Assembly (NCBI GenBank): GCA_047947115.1
Contig: CP170459.1
Coordinates: forward strand, 3,488,001 to 3,552,000
Direction of reading: 5' to 3'
From: Verrucomicrobiota bacterium
GTDB lineage: Bacteria; Verrucomicrobiota; Verrucomicrobiia; Limisphaerales; AAA164-E04
Length of the DNA: 64,000 nt
Shown here one piece after another: positions 28,032 through 38,300 of the stretch. The position numbers and the translations under genes were made by a program. Within the stretch, counting starts at the first letter, position 1, and each line of letters begins with the position of its first letter. Under the pieces are notes generated by a model, which did no database searches, was not told the origin of the DNA, and saw only the letters and a program-made list of their open reading frames with translations.

Positions 28032-28592
28032 ATGAGGACTGTGTCGACATCGGACCCAGGCAACAAGATGGTGAGTATCGCCGAGACATTGGAGGCTCTT
28101 TTCGAGTCTTTGGAATCGCCTTTGCTTGCCTACGCCTACCGGCTGACCAAGTCCGTTGAAGTGGCACAGGATCTGGTACAGGAATCTTTTCTGAAGCTTC
28201 AGGAACATTTTCACAAGGTCAAAGAACCCAAACCATGGCTGTATCGAACCGTTCACAATCTCGCCGTCAATCATCATCGCAAGACCCATCGTATGGTGAC
28301 CATGCAACATCAGGACAAAGAAGGAGACCTTGTGGAAATGGAAACCAAGGACGACGGGATGTTGCCCGATGAATCGATTGTGCATCAGGAGGCCCTCGGT
28401 ATGGTGCGTTTGAGCCTTGAAACATTGGATTTGCGGAGCCGCGAATTGGTTCGCTTGAAGTTTGAAGAAGATATGACCTATCGCCAGATCGCTGAAAAAA
28501 CAGGTCTATCGGTGAGCAATGTTGGTTATGTGCTTCACCACGCCGTGAAGTCACTGTCCATTGAACTTAAAAAGTTAGGAGTTGGAACATGA
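28032..28592 (+). CDS. ECF (sigma-70 group 4) RNA polymerase sigma factor
   Basis: Region 2 AQDLVQESFLKL...WLYRTVHNLAVNHHRK; region 4 MTYRQIAEKTGLSVSNVGYVLHHA. Confidence 0.93.
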   Translation: MRTVSTSDPGNKMVSIAETLEALFESLESPLLAYAYRLTKSVEVAQDLVQESFLKLQEHFHKVKEPKPWLYRTVHNLAVNHHRKTHRMVTMQHQDKEGDLVEMETKDDGMLPDESIVHQEALGMVRLSLETLDLRSRELVRLKFEEDMTYRQIAEKTGLSVSNVGYVLHHAVKSLSIELKKLGVGT

Positions 28593-31500
28593 AAGATCCC
28601 TTACCCCCATATGAAGACATCGAGGTCCAACTGACCGCGCTTCTTCTCGGTGAAGTTGGTGAGGAAGAAGCCCGAAGATTGCATGCCAAGATAAATTCGG
28701 ATCCGGCGTTGCAAGCCTTGCATCAGGAGCTCAAAGCCTCCACGGAATTGATGTTGGAAGCGGCCCAGGTGGGCTTGTGTGCGACCTCGGCTGATGAGCA
28801 GGCTCCCGTTCAAATGTCCGAAGACCGAAGACAGGCCTTGTTCGAATCATTCCGTAAAGAGGAGTCCGTAAACGTTCACTCGGGTAGTAAAGTGGTCCGA
28901 GGGATTCCCTGGTTTGTGCCGATGGGCATCGCTGCCGCGTTGATCGCGCTGATGTGTGTGACCAGTATGTTCCTGAACACCAAATCAGTCATGGGATCCA
29001 TCCGCAATGAGTTGGCTTCCATCGAAAAGCTCCGCGAATCCAATGTTGAAAGGGGATTCACCCACACCACCGAACTCTTCAGTAATGCGCCTGTTTCCTT
29101 CACTTCCGGGCAAGATGCGACAGTTCCTGCCGACGATTTTTATGTTTTAACACCTCAGGCGCCTGAGTCGGAGGTGACGGCAAAGCCACCCATGATCCGG
29201 AGACAGGAAACATTAAGTCGATTGGAAGACCTGCCTGCGACCCGACTTGCCCGCCGTCAGGTTTCAGTCGGCACGATGCAAGCCCAAACAGAGAACGCGG
29301 TTGCCTCGCCAGATTCCACGTCGGAGTCGTCCCGGGTGCGTGAATCACTGATGGGTTTTGGTTTGGAACGGGGCAACGTAAGTGACGCACTGGAGTCAGA
29401 AAGCCTGACCCGGGCATACAAAAATGAACTGCCCGGCATCCAGGCTGAAAATGAAGTTCAGATGCAACGCAATTTCTCAAAAGGCGTTTCCCCTGCCGAT
29501 TCAAAGGACTCTCTCGGGATTTTATCCAAGGCACCGGAGTTAAACAACCGTCCACAGATGGCAGCCGAAACCGGAACCCTGTCCTTGGGGCGACCTGCCT
29601 CCAGTCCGGCTGAGGGGCTTGCCGCAGGAAATATGTTGGCGAATGAGTCAGGGGAGGAAAGGTTTTACTTCAAGGCAGGTTTTGCCGGAAAACCCGATGA
29701 AGAACCTACAGTTCGATATAGAGATCAAAAGAGGACTGCCGAATCGCTTGAATCTGGATTTGGTGACCATCCAACATGGGGGATTCGTGAAGAGCTGTCA
29801 CCGCAAGAAAGTGTGGTGAACCGAGTTGACGACAGTTCCAATGACACTGGATCCTTGGATTTATTTGGTGTGCCGGCAAGCGAAGATACTCCTTTCGATG
29901 ATGTGCGAGGTGGATATGGAATCAACGTGGATCAAGATTTTTCGGTGCGCGACAAAGGCTTTGTGCAGGGGGTAGGGGGATTGCCCGCCGGAACAAGCGA
30001 TGTGCCGGCTGGTAATACTTTTGCGAGTGGCGAAGGTTCAGTATGGGCACTGGCAGACGATGGGCTGGGCGTTTCGGGAGGGCTGGGCGGTGGAGGTGTT
30101 GTCGCCGGTAATGCAGCCAGAGGTGGATCATTAGTTGAAGGATATGAACTTGAAAGCCGGGCGAAGGTTGATTCGTTAGGTGGGATGCAGAAGCATTTCG
30201 GTCGTGCTTCCGGTAATGCTTTCTTTCAATCGGAAACCATGCCTGGCGTTACCGAGCCTGATCAGGTCGCGCGGTTTGATGATAGGGCGACCGTTGTTGA
30301 TTTTTCGGTGGCCAGTTCTAATGCCCAGTTTGCGGAATGGGAGGAGCAGGTCATTGCCGAAAAGGAAATCGATTTGAGTAGCGATGGACTTGAACTGGCA
30401 GAAAACAGGAAATCTGTCAGTTCACCAGTTGATACCGCTGAATCCGTCGCATCCCTGAAGCTCAGTCAACAAATCGCCCCGGCCCCGGAAAGAGGTCGTG
30501 GATCACGACAACTCGGTGAGCAACAACAAAACATTCTTCAGCGCCGCTTGGAGCTGGGTGACACCTTTCAAGGACAGGTTCAAACCCTGAATAGAGGATT
30601 GACAACAGTTGCCGATAAAAACAGTGCGGTTGACTTTACTCCGCAAGTTGCATCGTCAAACGGATTGGATGCAGGGCTCGACTTTGACGCCGACGCCCCT
30701 CTTGACAGATCAGTCAAGGAGCTCTCGAGATTTTACGATGCAACGCGCAGCTTATCCAGTTTGGGAGAACAAATCCTGCCCGGCCCCCCTCAGGGTGAAA
30801 TCCAGGCACCTTCCCTCGGCATCGGGGAATCAAAACGATTGGGGGAAATTGCTCTGAAACAGGCAAAACCGGATGAGGCCGTCAAGCAGTGGTTCGCATC
30901 GCCATTGTCACCAGCTGTTGTCGAACCTTCAGGTTCCAGATCGGATGACACGGCATTAAGTCTGCTTGGGAAAAAACGTTCCATCTCCAAACCGCTGGCC
31001 GGAGCCAATGTGGAACACCGGCCGGAACAGGATGCCGGTGACGAAGCCATTTCGACATTTTCACTCAATGTTTCCGATGTTTCTTTCAAGCTGGCGCAGG
31101 CGGCTTTGGATCAGGGACAACTGCCAGATCCTGAAAGTATCCGAAGCGAGCAATTTCTGAATGCTTTTGACTTTCGCGATCCCGCGCCTTATTCGGGGCA
31201 GGCGATTGGTTTCAACTGGGAAGTGGCACGTCATCCGTTCGCTCATCATCGCAACGTTCTGCGTCTCGCTTTGAAGACTGCAGCCACCGGACGCGAAACG
31301 GGGCGTCCCATGAGTCTGACCCTGTTGTTGGATAATTCTGGATCGATGGAACGAAGTGATCGCCGGGAGATTCTACGTCAGGCGCTGGATGTTCTGAGTC
31401 AAACATTGAGCGAACAGGATAAGATCAGCGTGGTCAGCTTCGCCCGCACAGCGCGGCTTTGGGTGGATGGTGTGCCGGGTGGTTCGCCGGGTTCGGTGTT

Positions 31501-32350
31501 GGAACCCGTGCAAAAGCTGGTTCCCCAAGGAGGCACCAATCTCGAAGAGGCGCTGAATGTGGCCTACGAGGTGGCGCAGAATCATTACCTTAAGGACGGC
31601 GTGAACCGGGTGATTTTACTGACAGATGGCGCAGCCAACCTGGGCAACGTCGATCCCGAAACACTTAAACAAAAAGTCGAATCAGAGCGTCGTCGCGGTG
31701 TGGCTTTCGATTGTTTTGGCATTGGATGGGACGGGTTGAATGATCCGATGCTCGAATCGCTTTCACGAAACGGCGATGGCCGGTATGCTTTCCTGAATGA
31801 TCCTGCTGTGGCGGGGCATGAATTTGCCGGTCGTCTGGCGGGTGCTTTGAATGTGGCGGCCTCCGATGTGAAGGTTCAGGTGGAATTCAATCCGGGCCGG
31901 GTCGGAAATTGGAGGCAGATTGGATACGCCAAACATCAGTTGACGAAAGAACAATTCAGAGACAACACCGTTGATGCCGCCGAAATAGCCGCTTCCGAGG
32001 CAGGCAATGCGCTTTATGTGATCGAACCCAAAGAAAGCGGGACAGGTCCCATCGGCGCGGTAAGAGTCCGTTTTCGTGAACCGCATACGAACCAATATCA
32101 CGAAAAGGAATGGACCGTGCCTTATCGCAGTTCCATTCCTGAAGCCGACGAAAGCTCGCCATCAATGAAACTCGCCATGACGTCGTCTCTATTCGCGGAG
32201 TGGTTGAACGGCAATCCGCATGCAGGAAGTATTTCCATCGGAGATTTGAAACGCCTCCTCAATGGCGTGCCGGAGATATACGGCAACGACCCGCGGCCTC
32301 AGACACTCGATCGCATGCTGGAACAGGCAAGGCAAATCAGCGGCCTTTGA
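28589..32350 (+). CDS. Membrane-anchored vWA protein (YfbK-like C-terminus) with anti-sigma-like N-terminus
   Basis: LTALLLGEVGEEE N-terminus, one TM, long low-complexity linker, STFSLNVSDVSF, MIDAS DNSGSM, NRVILLTDGAANLG, DVKVQVEFNP, DNTVDAAEI. Start overlaps the sigma stop (ATGA). Confidence 0.85.
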   Translation: MKDPLPPYEDIEVQLTALLLGEVGEEEARRLHAKINSDPALQALHQELKASTELMLEAAQVGLCATSADEQAPVQMSEDRRQALFESFRKEESVNVHSGSKVVRGIPWFVPMGIAAALIALMCVTSMFLNTKSVMGSIRNELASIEKLRESNVERGFTHTTELFSNAPVSFTSGQDATVPADDFYVLTPQAPESEVTAKPPMIRRQETLSRLEDLPATRLARRQVSVGTMQAQTENAVASPDSTSESSRVRESLMGFGLERGNVSDALESESLTRAYKNELPGIQAENEVQMQRNFSKGVSPADSKDSLGILSKAPELNNRPQMAAETGTLSLGRPASSPAEGLAAGNMLANESGEERFYFKAGFAGKPDEEPTVRYRDQKRTAESLESGFGDHPTWGIREELSPQESVVNRVDDSSNDTGSLDLFGVPASEDTPFDDVRGGYGINVDQDFSVRDKGFVQGVGGLPAGTSDVPAGNTFASGEGSVWALADDGLGVSGGLGGGGVVAGNAARGGSLVEGYELESRAKVDSLGGMQKHFGRASGNAFFQSETMPGVTEPDQVARFDDRATVVDFSVASSNAQFAEWEEQVIAEKEIDLSSDGLELAENRKSVSSPVDTAESVASLKLSQQIAPAPERGRGSRQLGEQQQNILQRRLELGDTFQGQVQTLNRGLTTVADKNSAVDFTPQVASSNGLDAGLDFDADAPLDRSVKELSRFYDATRSLSSLGEQILPGPPQGEIQAPSLGIGESKRLGEIALKQAKPDEAVKQWFASPLSPAVVEPSGSRSDDTALSLLGKKRSISKPLAGANVEHRPEQDAGDEAISTFSLNVSDVSFKLAQAALDQGQLPDPESIRSEQFLNAFDFRDPAPYSGQAIGFNWEVARHPFAHHRNVLRLALKTAATGRETGRPMSLTLLLDNSGSMERSDRREILRQALDVLSQTLSEQDKISVVSFARTARLWVDGVPGGSPGSVLEPVQKLVPQGGTNLEEALNVAYEVAQNHYLKDGVNRVILLTDGAANLGNVDPETLKQKVESERRRGVAFDCFGIGWDGLNDPMLESLSRNGDGRYAFLNDPAVAGHEFAGRLAGALNVAASDVKVQVEFNPGRVGNWRQIGYAKHQLTKEQFRDNTVDAAEIAASEAGNALYVIEPKESGTGPIGAVRVRFREPHTNQYHEKEWTVPYRSSIPEADESSPSMKLAMTSSLFAEWLNGNPHAGSISIGDLKRLLNGVPEIYGNDPRPQTLDRMLEQARQISGL

Positions 32351-32394
32351 ACAACATTCATTTTAAACATCAGGACATTGAAAAAGGAATCCAC

Positions 32395-35300
32395 ATGAAA
32401 CGCTCAGGCAACACCATCAAATTTACCTTCGGTCTTTTGGGAATAATGCTTTTATTATCGGGACTCAACGCATTCGCTGCGGAAGCCAGGTTGGCCGGCC
32501 TGGATATTGATGGTTCAAGCAAAAGCAATCAATGGGTGATTCGCGCCGATATCGAACCGTTGGCAGAAGCGAAGGAGCCCGCCGTGGTGTCTCTGGATCA
32601 ACAAATCCATCTTGATATTCGGTCAGACAAGGCAACAGGCACATGCCATCTGGAGGCAACAGCGATCAAGGGGGATCTTTCGCATCTTGAATTGAGTATT
32701 CACGGTCAGGGGGAAGTGATCTCGGTTGAAGTCGAGGGGATGCTTTACTGGAGCGTGCGCAGCGATTCGGAAAAGGGGCGTTTACTGGTGATTCAAATGC
32801 CCCCGTCCGAGGAGCCTCGTACAAGGCTCAGCGGGGTGATTCGAGTGGAACAGAAATTTGAACCATGGACAGGCGCGACCTACTGGGAACCCCTTCGATT
32901 GTCGTTGGTGAACGAAGGTGTTTCTGGCGGTTACATCAGCTTGACCGGAGGGGCTGACCTGCAGGTGGAATCCGGACGCGTGTCCGGGTTGGTTCCCATT
33001 GAATTGCAACATGTCCGTCCCTGGTTGAAGTCGCAAATCAAAACTCCCGCCAAAAAGGATCGTCATTATCGTTTTCTCCAGAGCGACTATGATTTGAATT
33101 TGACCCTGCGCCGGTCGGATCCGGATCAACGCTCGGTGGTGGTCGATGGTTTTCGGCTCAATGGAACCTGGGGGCAGGATGCGGTGGCGTTTCATTTCAT
33201 GGGGAATGTTCAAGTGAAGGAACCGGGAGGAGCTTCCCTGCATCTTTTGGGAGGCGATGCCGCCCTGTTGGATGTCGTTCAATCCGAGGGTGCGGAAATC
33301 AAGTATTTGGAACCCATCTACCATGAGGTAAAGGCGGGAGATAATTTGTGGCAGATTGCCGAACGTTACCGCACCACTGTTGCAAAACTGGTCAGGCTGA
33401 ATGAGTTGCCGGATCATCGCATTCTTGTGGGACAGCGTTTGTTGGCACCCGGCCCGAATGGCGAGACCGGGTATGTGGCGCAATACAAGGACCCCGGAAC
33501 GTATCCGTTGGAATTCAAATTTTTGGCACATATCACCTCCAGGGACGGGACTCAATCCATGCAGTTTACCACCGTTCCAAGTGTGCTGCGTCCTGTTCAC
33601 ATGTTTCAGATGCCGAAAGATGTTCAACTGGATCCAATGACTACCCTTGTTGCCGGAAGCTCGAAGGATGACGGGCAGGAAAATGTCTTTTTTGCATCGG
33701 CGGATGGACCGATTGTTCTGAAGGTTCAGCAGGATTTTTCAAAGGAAAACAGCCGTTTGTTCTTTGCCGCCGAGTCTTGGGAAGAGGTTTTGGTGAGTCC
33801 TGGTTTGATGCGTCAGTCGGTTTTGTACCAAATGGACATCATGCAGGGAGAGATGTCGGAGGTATTGTTCCAGGTGGCGGGTGATGGTGAGATCATATCG
33901 GTTGAATCACCCCAGTTGTTTGGTTGGGAACTGGAATCGACCGGTGACGAAAATATTCGCCTGTTGAAATTGAAATTGAATGAACTGCAATCGGAAGGGT
34001 TTCAGGTTCGCATTACGGCTCAATCCAGCCTCGGAACATTTCCCGCCTCTGCCAAGCCGGTGCGGTTGTCGCCACTGGAAGCCACGCGTTATGGAGGATG
34101 GATAAGGATTGCCAACAGTGGTGCTGTGCGTTTGGAAGTGGCCCAGCCCATTGGGTTATCACAGATTTCACCGGATCAGTTCAGGCTGCCATCCGTGCCA
34201 CGCGGGGCTTTTTCAGAAGTTGGTAACCAGGTTTTTGCCTATCGCTTCGCATCGGTGGGGCATGAATTCGAAATCAGGGCCGACAACATCATTCCTGAGA
34301 TCGGCGTTTCCGAATTGTTGATTTACCATGTCGGGTTGGCCGATATGTCGATCGAGGCGGAGTTTGAGTTGAATGTGCGTGACGCTCCCATCCGGGAGGT
34401 GGAAATAAGAGGTCCAGCATCCTTTGCCTTGTCTGGTATTCAGGCCTCCCAACTGGCCGACTATTTTGTCGGCGATGCGGATGAAGACGGCAATGTCATT
34501 TTGAAGTTGCAGTTTTCACAACCTTTCATTGGCCGTCGCGTGGTTCAGCTGGTGTTGGAACAGAATAATCCGGTGGCGCCCGGGCCGTGGGTGTTGCCCT
34601 CTTTGAGAGTGGTCGCGGCTAAATCGACACGCGGTAATCTAGCTGTGACCGCCGATGACGGGCTCAGGGTTCAGCCAGCGCAGATCTCAGGCCTGGCGGA
34701 GATGCCTGCCGGTTTTTTTCCGCGTCAATTGAACAGCATACAATCGGCGTTTCGTCTGAGGGATCCTGAATGGAACGCTCAGTTTACCATTGAAAGACTG
34801 GACCAATCCGTCCAGGCGGATGTGCTGCACCTCTATACCATCGGTGAAGGGCTGGCTTATGGCAGCAGCGTGATGCATTACTTTATTTCCGGGGCTCCTT
34901 TGAGTGTGTTCGAAGTGGAGCTTTCCGATGATTATTTTAATTTGGAATTCACAGGGCGTGACGTCCGTGATTGGGTGAAGAGTGAGGCGGGGTACACTGT
35001 TTATTTGCACAAGCCCGTCTCGGGAGCCTATACCTTGCTTGCAAGCTACGAACGCCCCTTCAACGCCCTGGGTGAGACCCTGGCTTTTTCGGGGGTGCGT
35101 CCGTCCGATGCCCAGTCCGAGCAAGGCTACACTATTATTACCAGCGCCTATCAGTTCAGGGTGAATCCGGTTTCCGTTTCCGAGGCACTGAAATCACTCG
35201 AGCCCGCCGAAGTGCCGGCCGAACATCGCCTGTTCATTGATGCCCCGATTCTGGGAGCTTATCACTATACCTCCCTACCGGTGGAATTACAGTTGGAACT

Positions 35301-38300
35301 GCAGCCGTTGACCCAGGGCAAGACCCTGGATCTGGTCGTGGATCGTGCTTCCATCAAGACCCATGTTTCGGCTTCCGGGGAGATGATTACGGATGCGACG
35401 TATTTCATCAAATCTCAGGGCAATGCCATGCTCCCTATCCGCATACCTGAGGAAGCGCGTCTTTGGTCAGTGAGCGTGAATCAGAAGACAGTCGCCCCCA
35501 TTCAGGTGGAAGGTGGCTACCAGATTCCCATTGCGTTTGAACAACGACCCGATGCCCTTCAGTCTGTCCAGATAAAATGGGCTGCCCGCTCGGAACGTCC
35601 GGATCGTTTGACCGTTGAAACCGCAGCTGTAGGAGTGCCTGTTGTGTTGGCCGAGTGGGTGATTGAGCCGGATCCCGGGCGTTTTATCCAATTTCGAAAT
35701 GGGAGCCTGCAGCCTTTGGTGACGCCCAGGGATGTGTCTGGCTGGGTTGCTCTTCAGCGCGTGCTCAAAGGGCACGGAAGCCGGGGAAGCGATCAATTGA
35801 TTCAATTGATGCTGGCCATGGGGTTGGGTGCGGTTGCCATATTTGTCTGGTGGTATGCCCGAACATCGGATCCAGTCTCCGGTCGCATCAAGTTTTGGTC
35901 CGGAGCCATCCTAGGAGTTGCCGCACTCATGGCCTCCTTGTTCATTCTGAAAGGGGTGGCTCAACCGGTACTGGCCACCGACATGACGGAAGAGAAGGCT
36001 TCGATTGAATTTCTCGCGCCTGTGCTGGGCGCCGACGCATCACTGACGGTAAGCCTGGATCATCTGGATCAACATCGTGCTTCCTCTCACTATGGGCTTC
36101 GTTTCTGGTTGGTGCTGGGTATTGTTTTTTGGCTGGTCGGTTTGGTCATGGGGGCGTCGTTCCGTCGAACACTTCTTTGGGTTGCTTCCTGGCTGCTGGT
36201 TTTCGGTGCTTCGTTGTCAAGGGACTTTGGATGGTCCGGCTTTGTTTTCTGGTTGGGAGGTTTTTATCTGCTGCACATTGCCTTGCCATGGCTTTGGGCT
36301 TTGTATCGACATTCCAAATCCAAGGTTGCAACTGCGGGTGTGTTGTTCCTGATGACCTTTCAACCTGTTGATTTGTCGGCACAGGACACGTTGCCCCTTT
36401 ATTCAACCGGAGGTTCTGCCACCCGCCTGGAGCAATCTCTGGTGGTCAAGGGGGAGCAGGTGGTGGTGGATGCTCAATTGAAGTGGCAAACCAGAGGCCC
36501 TGCGAATCTGAACTTTTTGACCGAACCCGCCATTCTGAAGTCGATTGAATGGTCCGGCGGTCAAGGCAAGGTTTTTCAAGGGGAATTCAACGGTCAGCGA
36601 ACCCACTCATTTGCCGCCGAGGAAGCCGGGGAGTTTCTCCTCACCTTCAGGTATGAAGTCAGGACGCAAGGCGGGGATTCGTCTGCAGGTTTCACATTGC
36701 CGACTCCCGCCGCTTTGATTCATCAGGTGACAGCTTTGGTGGTGGGGAAAGAGGTTGACCTGACTTGTGTTCAGGCTGTTTCAACATCCAGCAAGATTAC
36801 TGGAAAAGGAGATTCCGAAATCAGGATGTTGCTGTCACCTTCGAGGGCGGTTCGGTTTCAGATACAGCCGAGAGTGCGCGATGCCAGGCGGGAAGAACCG
36901 GTGTTTTTCGCCGAGTGGAATCATTTGATCCTTCCCACGGCCGGTATGGTGGAAGGGTTCCATACCGTATCGGTTCGGTTGTCACAAGGTGAACTCTCGA
37001 TGGCTCGCATACAAATGCCGGAAGGATGGACGGTGGCAGAGGTGGCGGGGCCCGGTTCGGAGGGATGGCGGTTTGACCCTGAATTGGGCGCCCTTTCTGT
37101 GCCCTTGAACCCTCCTCAACAGAGGTCTTTTCTGATTTCATTACGCTCACAGCTGGCCGGAGAACCTCTGCCATATTCCAGTGATGTTCGACTTCCATCT
37201 CTTCAGGCTGCCGAACGTGAAATCGGTATGGTGGCTGCCGCCTCCTTGGCGGATGTCCAGTTGGTGGATATCAAGGCCGCATCTTTATCAGAAATCCGTC
37301 TGGAAGACTTTTCCGACAACATGCGGCAACTGGCCGGGCGGTCGCTCAACGAATTGCCGATGATGCGAAAGGCCTATCGTTACTCGGGAGGAGAACCGGT
37401 GTTGACCGTTACGGCCGATGTGGTCAGTCCGGATTTAAGAGTCGTGACCCGTCAGACGCTTTCCCTTGGAGAAGATCGGTCAGTGCTTGGTGTGGACTGT
37501 GATTTAACGATTACGCGTGCGGGTTTGTTCCGACTGGATTTTCCAATGCCAGCCAATCTGGATGTCGAAAGCATCACAGGCCAAGCATTGAGTCATTGGA
37601 CGGAAGCGGATCAGGATGGCATGAGTGTCGTCACCCTGCATTTCCGCGACAAAACCATCGGGCGAACGGACCTTCAAATGAGTTTCGCGGGCCCAGGGCC
37701 GCAGGTGGGGAGCACCTGGCAGGTTCCCCGTATTCGTTTTGCAAATGCGTCCAAGCAAACCGGACGGTTGACCTTATCCACCGAACAAGGCATGCGCCTG
37801 CAAGTTGAATCTTCGGACGGTGCCATCCAACTGGATCCGGAGGAACTTGGAATGGGGAACAAGGATGCTGTGGTTTTTCGACTGCTCCATCAGGATTGGT
37901 CCATTGGATTTGACGTGGAACAGCTTCCACCCTGGATTCAGGTCGACGGGTTTCAATTTGTTCGTTTGTCCGAAGGGAGGGGAGAGGTGCAAACCCGCCT
38001 CAAGTATCATGTCAAGAATGCGGGTGTTCGCGGATTCAGACTGGCTTTGCCGGCGTTGGCTGAGGGAGTTCGGTTTCAAGGTGAACATATATCGGATTAC
38101 ATTTCATCGCCTTTGGATGGTGATACGGATCGTCTGGAATGGCATCTGGAATTGGATCGACGTGTGATCGGAGAATACTCCGTGACAGTTTTTTACAACC
38201 TTCCGGTAGAGACAAATGCTGAAATCTGGGCATTTTCAGGTGATGTGGCGTTGGATGCCAGGCTGCAGCGCGGTTATGTGGCGCTCGGGTTGGAGGGACG

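Noticed and set aside
32200..32394. Longer start for the giant protein overlapping the vWA gene
   Set aside because: ATG 32395 has an RBS and is followed directly by a signal peptide.
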